Source: an uncultured archaeon (GTDB lineage Archaea; CAYFZR01). Taken from it: a stretch of 64,000 nt of DNA. The notes beneath the pieces were generated by a model. That model was not told where the DNA came from, did no database searches, and worked only from the letters and a program-made list of their open reading frames with translations. Positions within the stretch are counted from its first letter, which is position 1. Each line of letters begins with the position of its first letter. The stretch lies in NCBI GenBank assembly GCA_964347835.1, contig CAYFZR010000018.1:4778-68777 (forward strand), written 5' to 3'. Of this stretch, positions 28,092-37,123 are shown one piece after another. Position numbers and translations under genes: made by a program.

Positions 28092-28262
28092 CTAAGGAAT
28101 TTCAAAACCACAATTACTGCATTTACAAACGTTGCTTAATCTCCTACAGTCATTACATCTCCTTATTTCTACTTCTCCACAGTTTGGACAGGGGAATATT
28201 GTATACGTTTCATGTGGGAGTAGGTATTCTCCGCATGTAGTACATGCCTTATACTCTGCCAA
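28092..28262 (-). CDS. small four-CxxC zinc-ribbon protein (COG2888-like, typically next to aEF-1beta)
   Basis: My own translation, as this ORF is not in the track: TTG-AEYKACTTCGEYLLPHETYTIFPCPNCGEVEIRRCNDCRRLSNVCKCSNCGFEIP-TAG. The start immediately follows the upstream TGA. Confidence 0.6.
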   Translation of the reverse strand: MAEYKACTTCGEYLLPHETYTIFPCPNCGEVEIRRCNDCRRLSNVCKCSNCGFEIP

Positions 28263-28877
28263 TCAATCTCCTCCAATGATCTTGGTGCATATGGAATCCT
28301 CTCCATCTAATATCTTTCTAATCCTATTCACTTCTTTCCCATTCACTACAAAGGAATCCATCTTATTTTCCATTAAGAATTGTGGAAATGCTTTGTCAAC
28401 GCATGTTTCTTTTCCTAATAGTTCCTCTGCTCTAATTTCTTTCTTCAGATTGTTTTTTATGTAAACACCATCTACATCAGTCGCAACTATCAGCACAAAT
28501 CCGAGTTTTTTTGCGATGTAGGCGCTTATTGTATCTGACGTGACGTCCCAACTTGGCTCAAATGGATCTTCCATGTGAGAGTAGAGTAATACGGGAAGTC
28601 CTTTTTTGTCGAAGGAATCCAAATCCTTTATGCATAAAATCTTTTCGCTCCATTGAGATAAGAAGTATGCATACTGGTCCATGGCTAAAATTGCCATTCT
28701 GTGACTTATTGCTGGATCAAGACAATAATTTCTATCAATTTCTCTTATAAGATTTGCAAAAGGGCCTGCACCAGGGACTATGAGGATTTCATGTTCTTCG
28801 GTCATCTCTGCTATCTTAGGTAAATTTTTCTTCGAATAGTCAATCAGACTTCCTCCCCATTTTATTACTGCTCGCAT
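28263..28877 (-). CDS. mfnE: amino-acid-kinase-fold protein, MfnE-like ([5-(aminomethyl)furan-3-yl]methyl phosphate kinase family)
   Basis: The likely start is 'MRAVIKWGGSLIDY' (a GGS kinase motif). The track ORF carries a 33-codon upstream extension that overlaps the previous gene. It is clustered with MfnF-like and ATP-grasp genes. Confidence 0.55.
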   Translation of the reverse strand: MRAVIKWGGSLIDYSKKNLPKIAEMTEEHEILIVPGAGPFANLIREIDRNYCLDPAISHRMAILAMDQYAYFLSQWSEKILCIKDLDSFDKKGLPVLLYSHMEDPFEPSWDVTSDTISAYIAKKLGFVLIVATDVDGVYIKNNLKKEIRAEELLGKETCVDKAFPQFLMENKMDSFVVNGKEVNRIRKILDGEDSICTKIIGGD

Positions 28878-29869
28878 AAACTCACCGCGTATGCCACTCC
28901 TATTGCTGGCGCTATGATAGATACTTCTCTTCCGAACTCTTCTTCTATTGAATAGATCTCTCCGATATCTTTGCACACCTCTTCTAAGAGCATAGAACCT
29001 ATTCCGGCTAACACAAAGTTTCTACTTATATTTGTTCTTTCTAATACTTTTAAAAGGGAAGATCTTATGATTTCTACATGCTTTTTCTTCAAAAATTTTG
29101 CAATACTTAAAATTTCGCTTTCATTCAATTCTTCTCTATCTGAACATAATACCCTTGCTACTCTTGTTAGACAATCTCCCTTAGATCTTCCTTTATTGTC
29201 TGGAGTATCTACGGTATATTCTCCTTCATTTATGTAGTCCAATATTCTGTAGATATCGGCTGTTTGGGCAAAATATTCCGGTGAGATCCTAACCATTTTT
29301 CCCCTAATAGGAACCTTACTCGATAAAAAACAGAGATTAGTTCTCAAAAGGCCTGTATATATAAGTTCTTCGTTCATAAGCCTCTCTAAATCGTTTCTAC
29401 CAGAGAGATGCCTTCCTTCTTTGAACGGAATTATATCTGTTGTTGTACTCCCCATATCTAACAAGATGCCCTCGTTAACTATTCTAGAGGTGAGTACAAC
29501 GGTGGCAGGAAAATTAGATCCGGCAAAATTTAAAGGATTTTCTTTTAAGTTTTTGAGATCTTTCAACTCTCCATCGTAATTCATGAAGTATACTTCATCG
29601 AATATACTTCTTAGATTCTCTGCTATGAATAATACTCCCTCTCTTCTAGTTCCAAAGGAGTCTGCTAACTCTCCTGTCATTACGACTCCTGTTTTATCAA
29701 TCTTAACATCTTCGAGTTCAAATTCTCTTTTTAAAGAGGAAAAAAACTTAGAAAAATCCCCATAGAATTTCCAGAGAGGAAAATAATAGGATTTACATAA
29801 AATAATTTCTTCACCTTCTATTAAACCAGCCTTGATATTGACTCCACCTACATCTAGTCCTAATATCAA
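28865..29869 (-). CDS. mfnF: hydantoinase-A-like 'H4MPT-linked C1 transfer pathway' protein, MfnF-like
   Basis: 334 aa with an N-terminal 'ILGLDVGGVNIKAG' and a second ASKHA motif 'LLDMGSTTTD'. Confidence 0.55.
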   Translation of the reverse strand: MILGLDVGGVNIKAGLIEGEEIILCKSYYFPLWKFYGDFSKFFSSLKREFELEDVKIDKTGVVMTGELADSFGTRREGVLFIAENLRSIFDEVYFMNYDGELKDLKNLKENPLNFAGSNFPATVVLTSRIVNEGILLDMGSTTTDIIPFKEGRHLSGRNDLERLMNEELIYTGLLRTNLCFLSSKVPIRGKMVRISPEYFAQTADIYRILDYINEGEYTVDTPDNKGRSKGDCLTRVARVLCSDREELNESEILSIAKFLKKKHVEIIRSSLLKVLERTNISRNFVLAGIGSMLLEEVCKDIGEIYSIEEEFGREVSIIAPAIGVAYAVSLCEQ

Positions 29870-30864
29870 ATTTTTTCCACCTTTATACCTACTGAATCCT
29901 TGATTGGAGGTATTATCGTAGCATCCTTGCTCTTTTTAAATCTTACCTTACTTTCAAAATTTATAGGCTCGTATACATCATTTTTAACGATAAAATTCCC
30001 CATCTCATCCAATATCTCGCATAGTCCGATAATTGGAGTTGTAATTCTTGGATTTATTTCTATGATATAAGGAATGTCTGAATAAACGATATCTACTCCT
30101 AGATATCCATTTGCGCCATCAAAGCATTCTACTGCATTAATTGCTTCTTCAAAAATCTCTTCTTTTGCTCCATGCTCTACTGGTAATTCTCCTCCTAAAT
30201 ATTTAAAATCTTTTAGATCTATGAACTGTCTGTTTAGACTTATAGGATAAACATCATCTCCAAAAATTAGACTCACGCTTAAATGCAAACCCTCAATATA
30301 TTCTTGAACGATGAAATCTTCAAAACTAGATTCGTCTCTTATTTTTTCCAACGCACGATTAAGATCTCTCTCGTCCCTCACCAAAGAGAGCCCAGCACAA
30401 GAAACACCATCTAAGGGCTTAATGATAAAAGGAAAATCCATATCTATCTTTTTATCCTTAACAACTATTGATTTGGGTATATTTACCTTTTTTAACTTCT
30501 TATACATAATAGATTTATCTGAGTTGTCGTAAATAAATTTACTTTTAGAGTTCAATAAATTTAAATTATTTTCTAATCTTTTAACAATTTCATAGAGTTC
30601 AAAATCACTTTCTGGAGCGATAATCAATGCTGAATCTACATTTTCAGTTTCATTTTCGAGAATTTCAATATAATTATCATTTATAGGATCTATTTTTACA
30701 GAAGAGGAAAAATTCAACCTTTTATCTATGGGAACCATGACTTCATGCTTTTTAGAGATAGATTTCATTAAAGAATATAGCATTCCATAGCCTTCTGCGA
30801 GTATGCTCATGTCTAATTCTTCCATTGCTCCGCCAGAGGCGTATTCCCAAAGTAGTAGTTTCAT
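29866..30864 (-). CDS. mfnD: ATP-grasp ligase, MfnD-like (tyramine-glutamate ligase family) or related cofactor glutamyl ligase
   Basis: 332 aa. 'IIKPLDGVSCAGL', 'VQEYIEG' and 'IIEINPR' are ATP-grasp hallmarks. It overlaps the MfnF-like gene by 4 nt. Confidence 0.5.
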   Translation of the reverse strand: MKLLLWEYASGGAMEELDMSILAEGYGMLYSLMKSISKKHEVMVPIDKRLNFSSSVKIDPINDNYIEILENETENVDSALIIAPESDFELYEIVKRLENNLNLLNSKSKFIYDNSDKSIMYKKLKKVNIPKSIVVKDKKIDMDFPFIIKPLDGVSCAGLSLVRDERDLNRALEKIRDESSFEDFIVQEYIEGLHLSVSLIFGDDVYPISLNRQFIDLKDFKYLGGELPVEHGAKEEIFEEAINAVECFDGANGYLGVDIVYSDIPYIIEINPRITTPIIGLCEILDEMGNFIVKNDVYEPINFESKVRFKKSKDATIIPPIKDSVGIKVEKI

Positions 30865-30925
30865 GGTCTTAATTAGAATGATGGTATAAAAAATGATGCG
30901 GTTAATTTAATCTGAAAAATCTTAA

Positions 30926-31531
30926 TTATTTATAAATTACTCTTGCCACTTCAAATGCTTCTGCTGCTTTTAAATTTGCCTGGAAACCTCTAAACTCCGC
31001 TAAACCTTTCACTGCCTTTGCTCTCATGTAATACTTGTTTCTCTGGGTACTGTGAGATTGTAGGGCCTTTACCTTCAAATTTAATGTCTTTTCTATGTTT
31101 ATGTATATCTGGGGAGAAAACTCAGCAAATGTAGCAGGAGTCTCATACATGAGTACCTCAGAAACATTCCTGCACGCTGCTTGGGTTGCAATGCTGGTTC
31201 CAACGTGGTCTTGGTGTCTGTCTTTGCTTGAATGGGTGTATACCCGAGTTGGTTCATATTTATTAACGTAATATTCAATCAAATCAATCGTTTGTTTAAT
31301 GGAATCATGGATGAATGTGTCATTAAGATTTCCAAAAATTGGCGATTCTATGCCCAGCATCTTTATCGCTTCTTTAGATTCTCTGATCCTTACACTTGGA
31401 TCTCCTCCAATTTCCCCCTTCGTCAGAAATAATACTTGTACCTTGTCCCTTTCTTTTACGTGCTTGGCTAAAGTACCTCCGCAACCAAGTTCTACATCAT
31501 CTGGATGCGCACCAATAGCCAATACATTCAT
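30926..31531 (-). CDS. PIG-L/LmbE-family N-acetylglucosaminyl deacetylase (copy 2)
   Basis: Contains 'VLAIGAHPDDVELGCGGT' and 'HQDH' zinc-site motifs. Confidence 0.85.
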   Translation of the reverse strand: MNVLAIGAHPDDVELGCGGTLAKHVKERDKVQVLFLTKGEIGGDPSVRIRESKEAIKMLGIESPIFGNLNDTFIHDSIKQTIDLIEYYVNKYEPTRVYTHSSKDRHQDHVGTSIATQAACRNVSEVLMYETPATFAEFSPQIYINIEKTLNLKVKALQSHSTQRNKYYMRAKAVKGLAEFRGFQANLKAAEAFEVARVIYK

Positions 31532-31535
31532 GAGA

Positions 31536-32168
31536 TCAATCTTCCCATTTTTTGATTATTCTGGCAACCTCAAAAGCCTCTGCAGATATAACTTTTTCTT
31601 CTCCGATATATAGACCTGACTGATATCCTCTAAATCTTGCAAGACCCTCAATTGATGCTACTCTAGTATAGCTCTTATGCATCTGGGACTTATGGGCTTT
31701 AACTGCGTTTATCTTGGTTTCAATGAACTTCGTTATATCTACGAAGTACTGCGGAGAAAAATTTTCCATGGTGTTGGGAGTTTCATACATTAGGATTTCT
31801 GGTACATATCTCCCGGCAGAAAGGCTTGCATAGGCAGTATTTCTATGATCTTGATGCTTTTCATGGATTGTATGGGTGTAAATCCTTTTTGGACTCACCT
31901 TCTCGATAATTTCTTCTATGACTGCAATCGTTGACGCATCATCGTGTATCATGGTCTCTGGTAAGTCTGCGAAGAAAATATTCCTGGCTCCAAGTATTTT
32001 GGCTGCTTCTTTGGCCTCTTTTTTTCTGGTTTCAGGATCATAGCTTTTTTCGCCGCTACTCAAAGACAAGAGATATACCTCATCTTTCGAATAGACATGT
32101 CTAGCCAAGGTGCCGAAACATCCAAGCTCGCAGTCATCTGGATGTGCCTTAATCGCCAAAATATTCAT
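31536..32168 (-). CDS. PIG-L/LmbE-family deacetylase (copy 1)
   Basis: Contains 'ILAIKAHPDDCELGCFGT' and 'HQDH'. It is a tandem paralog 4 nt from copy 2. Confidence 0.85.
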   Translation of the reverse strand: MNILAIKAHPDDCELGCFGTLARHVYSKDEVYLLSLSSGEKSYDPETRKKEAKEAAKILGARNIFFADLPETMIHDDASTIAVIEEIIEKVSPKRIYTHTIHEKHQDHRNTAYASLSAGRYVPEILMYETPNTMENFSPQYFVDITKFIETKINAVKAHKSQMHKSYTRVASIEGLARFRGYQSGLYIGEEKVISAEAFEVARIIKKWED

Positions 32169-33535
32169 AAAAATACCTCGGATTTAAGTTTAGATACAAA
32201 TTCGTTAGTACTAAGACCAAATTCTCTGGATATCTTTTTTAATAATTTATGAAATCCTGTTCCGTATTGCATAGCCTTTTTTTCTTTTTTAATAACCTCA
32301 TTTGGTAATTTCATTTCTTTTGCAGCCTTTTTTAATGGATACTTCCTCATCCCATCTTTTATTTTTAGGATACCGGGTATTTGGAAGGCATATTTTACCA
32401 CATCTATATCTAAGTAGGGTAATCTTAGCAATATAGAATTTGCCATACTTGCCTTATCGTCTCTCTCAAGATTTGTTCTGTATATATTTAAAAATTCCTT
32501 CCACAGGATCTCGTTTAAAGATTCTTTGTATCCCAGATATTTGTAGTATCCACCAAATAACTCATCTGCACCCTGTCCTGCAAGCACAACTTTGAGGCCC
32601 AATTCTTTGGCGGTTTTCGTTGCTAAATACATGGGTATTCCGATGCTCAAGTTAAGAGCGCTCAGATCCTCTATCGCGTAGCACACCTCCTTGATACATC
32701 GTTTTACATCTTGGATAGAGAATTCTCGAGCGCATAAATCTATATCTAAAAAAGAGGCTACCTTTTTCGCTTCCTTTATGTCGTGAGAGCCCGCCATTCC
32801 AACGGTAATGCATGTTAGATCTTTTTCACATAGACTCACTAGTAATGTACTGTCTATCCCTCCGGAAAAAAGAATTCCAAGTTTATTTAAATCTCTTATT
32901 CTTTTTTCAACAGCGTATCTTAATTTTTTAATTAAAATGCTCGCATCAAAAGCGCCTTCTTCTGGTCTCTCTCTATCCAAGGAGATTATTCCTGTATCTC
33001 CATCAAAAGTCAGTAAGCTATATGGTTCTAAAGTTTTGATTTCTCCGTCTGAGAAACCTACTTTAATCAATGCTTTTTTCTCGGATGCAAAGGCAAATTC
33101 TTTTTTTCCGTTTTGATTATTTCTTTTATATACATAGTAGAGGGGCTTTATTCCGATATAATCTCTCGACAAAAATATTTCTTCTTCGTTGAATAAAGCA
33201 AAGGCGAAATCTCCGTCTAAGGTACGAATCGTATCAACTAAGTTATTTTTTATCTCAATTGAATTATAAACCTGACCGTCTAGGAAAAGATGGTATTTTT
33301 CTTCTAACGGAATTATATCTTCCTTTTCAGAAATCAAAAGTCTTGAATGACCTAATGAAAAATTTGATCTTTTATCAATTTCTAAATCGTCAATTTTAGA
33401 TGAATAACTAATTTTTTCTGACTGGAAAAGATAAAAGGAATCTTCTCCTCTGTGTTTCATTATATTTAGCATATCATACACTTTTACGCTCGCATCTTTC
33501 CCAACTACTCCACAGATGGAAGACATGGTCCTCAA
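32165..33535 (-). CDS. asparagine synthetase B-like amidotransferase (Ntn glutaminase + PP-loop synthetase)
   Basis: Has an 'ICGVVG' N-terminal nucleophile region and the PP-loop 'LFSGGIDSTL'. It overlaps PIG-L copy 1 by 4 nt. A likely start is the ATG at 33526. Confidence 0.8.
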   Translation of the reverse strand: MRTMSSICGVVGKDASVKVYDMLNIMKHRGEDSFYLFQSEKISYSSKIDDLEIDKRSNFSLGHSRLLISEKEDIIPLEEKYHLFLDGQVYNSIEIKNNLVDTIRTLDGDFAFALFNEEEIFLSRDYIGIKPLYYVYKRNNQNGKKEFAFASEKKALIKVGFSDGEIKTLEPYSLLTFDGDTGIISLDRERPEEGAFDASILIKKLRYAVEKRIRDLNKLGILFSGGIDSTLLVSLCEKDLTCITVGMAGSHDIKEAKKVASFLDIDLCAREFSIQDVKRCIKEVCYAIEDLSALNLSIGIPMYLATKTAKELGLKVVLAGQGADELFGGYYKYLGYKESLNEILWKEFLNIYRTNLERDDKASMANSILLRLPYLDIDVVKYAFQIPGILKIKDGMRKYPLKKAAKEMKLPNEVIKKEKKAMQYGTGFHKLLKKISREFGLSTNEFVSKLKSEVFL

Positions 33536-33619
33536 TTTTGCCTATTTTTCTAAATATTTGTCTAGCCAAATTATATATATTACGGAGAATAATTCTCGTT
33601 TGAACGTTTGGGGATTGAA

Positions 33620-33799
33620 ATGGACGAGAGAGGACAGGGTGCCCTGGAATACATGCTTATGATAGCCCTTTCTTTGGCAGTTATAGCTGCTATGCTCACG
33701 ATTTTTCCAGGAAAGCCTAGTGAATCTGCACAAAAAGCCAGAAGAGCATTTAATATAACAAACGAAAGCATTGAAGGAATTCTAGAAGAGGCAACATGA
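33620..33799 (+). CDS. small class III signal peptide (archaeal type IV pilin-like, DUF361-type) protein
   Basis: 'MDERG/QGALEYMLMIALSLAVIAAML' has a short charged leader, a G/Q cleavage-type junction, Glu at +5 and a hydrophobic helix. Confidence 0.6.
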   Translation: MDERGQGALEYMLMIALSLAVIAAMLTIFPGKPSESAQKARRAFNITNESIEGILEEAT

Positions 33800-34341
33800 A
33801 GATACTATGTATTACAGGTATGCCAGGATCAGGAAAGACACAGGCTTTGAAGGTTTTTTATAAAAAAGGTTTTTCAATAGTTTCTATGGGTGATGTTATC
33901 AGAGATCTAGCGAGAGAAAGAGGGATTAAGGAAGATCCTGAGTCAATTGGTAAACTAGCCGTTGAAATAAGGAAAGATGAAGGAGAAGATGCGGTAGCAA
34001 AGAGATGTATAAAAAAGATTTCGGGGTTAAGCAAAAATGTTATTATTGAAGGAATAAGGAGTCTACCTGAAATTGAGTGTTTTAAAAACTACTTTGAGGA
34101 TTTCGTTATAGTATCCATTCACGCATCTCCCAAAATAAGATGTAAAAGACTAAAAAGAAGAGGAAGAGCAGATGATCCGCGGAATTTTAAAGAGTTTTTA
34201 GAAAGAGAGAGAAGAGAATTGGATATAGGTATAGGATCGGTAATTGCCATCGCTGATTTTATGGTTGTGAATGAAAGTTCTTTGGAAAAACTATATGAGG
34301 AGATAGAAACGATAGCAAAGAATTATGAAGGTGACAGTTAG
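33796..34341 (+). CDS. P-loop nucleotide kinase-like protein (UPF0200 family)
   Basis: Walker A in 'ITGMPGSGKT'. 181 aa. The start overlaps the pilin-like stop in ATGA. Confidence 0.65.
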   Translation: MKILCITGMPGSGKTQALKVFYKKGFSIVSMGDVIRDLARERGIKEDPESIGKLAVEIRKDEGEDAVAKRCIKKISGLSKNVIIEGIRSLPEIECFKNYFEDFVIVSIHASPKIRCKRLKRRGRADDPRNFKEFLERERRELDIGIGSVIAIADFMVVNESSLEKLYEEIETIAKNYEGDS

Positions 34342-34729
34342 AACTAAGATTTATCCTACCGAAGATATTGAAAAAGTTAAAAAAGCAGTAAAAAATCTTT
34401 TCCCCACTATAAAGATCGATATATCGGAGGAAGAAAAAACATTGGTCGGAAAGGGGAACGAAGAAGCAATAACTCATTTTAGATATCTCTTGCATAGAGG
34501 AAGGATATTGGATGCTGCAAGAAAGGTAATAAAATCTGGAACAAGGAAAGATGGAAATATTTATCATTCGCGATTTGACGTAAATAAACAAGTAGCATTC
34601 ATAGGGAAGATCAGTTTTTCTACAGAAGGCGAATCTCCTTTAGGACCTATAACAGTAGAGATCGAAAGCAAAGAAGAATTTATAGATTGGTTGGTCCCAC
34701 AGACCATAAATGGTAGACCGGTGAAATAG
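34325..34729 (+). CDS. UPF0201/COG1931-like putative RNA-binding protein
   Basis: 134 aa starting 'MKVTVRTKIYPTEDIEKVKKA'. It is commonly paired with the UPF0200 kinase-like gene in archaea, a link I am recalling from memory. Confidence 0.45.
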   Translation: MKVTVRTKIYPTEDIEKVKKAVKNLFPTIKIDISEEEKTLVGKGNEEAITHFRYLLHRGRILDAARKVIKSGTRKDGNIYHSRFDVNKQVAFIGKISFSTEGESPLGPITVEIESKEEFIDWLVPQTINGRPVK

Positions 34730-35500
34730 ATGGAGATAGGAGCACCCTCATCAGCGTTTTATAATGATATGGAATCTTCTTTGAAAAAAGCAGTGGAAAT
34801 TGGACTCGATGCCATCGAGATAGTTGGCGAAGGACCTCATTCACTAAACGAAATTAATGTCCAAACAATCAAAGATTTTAGAAATTCTTTTGATTTGAGT
34901 TTAAAGATTCATGCACCATTCTCTGACCTCAATATAGCTAGTTTAAATGAAAAAATGAGAGAAACGGCTCTAGAATTAATATTTTCTTCTATAGATCTTT
35001 CTTACGAACTTGAAGCAGATTTAGTAAACATTCATCCGGGTCACTTATCCCCTTTGGGTCTAAGATTTCCGGAACAAGCCTGGAAAACTAACATCGAGAG
35101 TATGAAGAAATGCGCCAAAAGAGCAGAAAAGTTGGGTATAAAACTTACATTTGAGAATTTACCAACTAGAGAAGGTGTATTTTGCTCTACAGTTGAGGAG
35201 ATAAAGACTGTACTCAGGGAGGTCCCGGAAATAGGATATACCTTAGATATAGGACATGCATTCACAACCGATAACCCTACAGAGTTTTTTGATCTAAAAT
35301 TTGATCATTTGCATCTTCATGATAACGACGAAAAAAAAGACCTACACCTCCCTTTGGGGTTAGGTAATATAGACATCTCAAAGGTTTTAAAAATTATAGA
35401 GGAGAAAAAATACAGTGGATCCATAATATTAGAGTCAAGGGATTTATTGAATTTGAAGAGGAGTTTAGAATATTTAAGAAGGTGGGGGGTTGTAGATTGA
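34730..35500 (+). CDS. xylose-isomerase-like TIM-barrel sugar phosphate isomerase/epimerase or AP-endonuclease 2 family protein
   Basis: 256 aa with 'NIHPG', 'LTFENL', 'LDIGHA' and 'HLHDN' metal-site motifs. Confidence 0.7.
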   Translation: MEIGAPSSAFYNDMESSLKKAVEIGLDAIEIVGEGPHSLNEINVQTIKDFRNSFDLSLKIHAPFSDLNIASLNEKMRETALELIFSSIDLSYELEADLVNIHPGHLSPLGLRFPEQAWKTNIESMKKCAKRAEKLGIKLTFENLPTREGVFCSTVEEIKTVLREVPEIGYTLDIGHAFTTDNPTEFFDLKFDHLHLHDNDEKKDLHLPLGLGNIDISKVLKIIEEKKYSGSIILESRDLLNLKRSLEYLRRWGVVD

Positions 35501-36120
35501 TAGCAATTATCGGAGGTACTGGAGAACAAGGAATGGGCCTAGCTATGAGACTTTCTATGGCTGGTGAGGAGGTGATAATTGGGTCAAGAAACGCTGAAAA
35601 GGCCAAAAAAGCGTCTGAAATTATAAAAGAAAAAATAAGGGATGCCAAGGTTACTGGACTTATAAATGAAGAAGCTGCGGAGAAAGGAGATATAATAATT
35701 GTTTCTGTACCTTATAAAGCCCAAAAAAATATATTAAAAAGCATAAGCCCTTTCTTGAGTGAAGACGATATCGTTGTGGATGTTACAGTCCCTCTGGAAG
35801 AGATTACAGACTCTGCAGCAGAAAGGGCTAGAGAAATTCTACCTCCTCGTGTAAAGCTGGTCTCAGCATTCCATAATGTTAGCGCAAAATCCCTCTTGGA
35901 TATAGATAAGCCTGTTGATTGCGATATAATCGTATGTGGAGATAATGAAAAATCTAAAGAACGGATAATGGAACTAGCAGAAAAAATTGATAACTTACGA
36001 GCCATAGATGGTGGATCTTTAAGAAATTCAAGGATAGTTGAAAGCATAACCTCTTTATTGATGGATATAAATAAAAGATATAAGACTAACACTGGTATTA
36101 GAATAACAGGGAAATTATAA
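35482..36120 (+). CDS. npdG: NADPH-dependent F420 reductase (NpdG/Fno family)
   Basis: Rossmann motif 'IAIIGGTGEQGMGLA'. The real start is probably the TTG at 35497, preceded by 'GGTGGGGGG'. Confidence 0.75.
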   Translation: MGGCRLIAIIGGTGEQGMGLAMRLSMAGEEVIIGSRNAEKAKKASEIIKEKIRDAKVTGLINEEAAEKGDIIIVSVPYKAQKNILKSISPFLSEDDIVVDVTVPLEEITDSAAERAREILPPRVKLVSAFHNVSAKSLLDIDKPVDCDIIVCGDNEKSKERIMELAEKIDNLRAIDGGSLRNSRIVESITSLLMDINKRYKTNTGIRITGKL

Positions 36121-36130
36121 GAGGGATATT

Positions 36131-36472
36131 ATGCTTTGGTTGCTAGTGGCCATAACTCTAAATATTACTGATTTATTGCATGAGCATATATTTTGGAAGA
36201 AGTTTGAACCTTACTACTTAGTTTTCGGCAGTCTACTAAGGATAAGGTTAAATCCTATTGGTCTATGGTTTGTACATGAATTGATAGAGTCTATTTTTCA
36301 CTTTTTCATAATTTCTATCCTGTTCTTCTCGTTTACTATAGGATTTCTTGCTGCAATGATTCATCTAGCCCTAGACGCTTATCATACTCTATTCATACAT
36401 AGAATCTCTGATAAGACCCACAGATTATTACATTTTTCTTTAGAGGCGATCTTTCTATATGCCCTCATTTAA
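36131..36472 (+). CDS. small integral membrane protein
   Basis: 113 aa with three or four hydrophobic segments. No family was recognised. Confidence 0.4.
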   Translation: MLWLLVAITLNITDLLHEHIFWKKFEPYYLVFGSLLRIRLNPIGLWFVHELIESIFHFFIISILFFSFTIGFLAAMIHLALDAYHTLFIHRISDKTHRLLHFSLEAIFLYALI

Positions 36473-37111
36473 TTACTTAAATATCTCTCCTGTTCCCTCA
36501 GACCAGAGAAGTAAATCTAATTCATCCATCGGTATGTTTATTTCATTAGAAAAATGTCTCATTTTTTCCTCTACTCTCAGATATTCTCTTTTTGCCCAGT
36601 TTTTTGGAATATCGTCTATGATGTTGAGTAATTTTAGATTTTTCAGGACATGAACATCCAGTATTGCGAGGTTCTCACCTAGGCCTATGTTCCTCAGAAA
36701 ATGACTTGCCTCTTTGAGACCGATTCCCCTAATATTTTTTACCAACCATTCTCGAAGTTCAAAAACATCTTCAAATTCATTTAATTTTTCTTTAATTCTT
36801 ATTTTTCCGTCTACGCTGAAAAACTCTTTTGCTTCGTAGATATATCGCGCCTTATTGTTGGGAAATCTGACTCCATGTAAATTGGCTCTTATTTCATTTA
36901 CATCACCTATAAAAAGAATTCCGCTTTCTTCTAAGGATTTAATTGCTCTATCGGCAACTCTAGCCCTGGATTGAGGAGTACATATACAAAAACATAGTTC
37001 TGCAAAGATTTTTTCGTCAGATTTTTTACCCGTTTCCTTAAATTCTTCTAATTTCTTTTTTATCTCATTTCTTTTTGTTTTGTATGATATTAGAATGTTC
37101 TTTATGTCCAT
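36473..37111 (-). CDS. ogg: archaeal N-glycosylase/DNA lyase (Ogg2-type 8-oxoguanine glycosylase)
   Basis: 212 aa. 'CFCICTPQSRA', HhH 'GIGLKEASHFLRNIG' and 'LAILDVHV' match the HhH-GPD Ogg2 pattern. Confidence 0.8.
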   Translation of the reverse strand: MDIKNILISYKTKRNEIKKKLEEFKETGKKSDEKIFAELCFCICTPQSRARVADRAIKSLEESGILFIGDVNEIRANLHGVRFPNNKARYIYEAKEFFSVDGKIRIKEKLNEFEDVFELREWLVKNIRGIGLKEASHFLRNIGLGENLAILDVHVLKNLKLLNIIDDIPKNWAKREYLRVEEKMRHFSNEINIPMDELDLLLWSEGTGEIFK

Positions 37112-37123
37112 TCAATTCTTCCA

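Noticed and set aside
28132-28464. 110-aa plus-strand ORF
   Set aside because: It lies opposite the four-CxxC zinc-ribbon gene and the 3' end of the MfnE-like gene. It has no motifs and is likely a shadow ORF.
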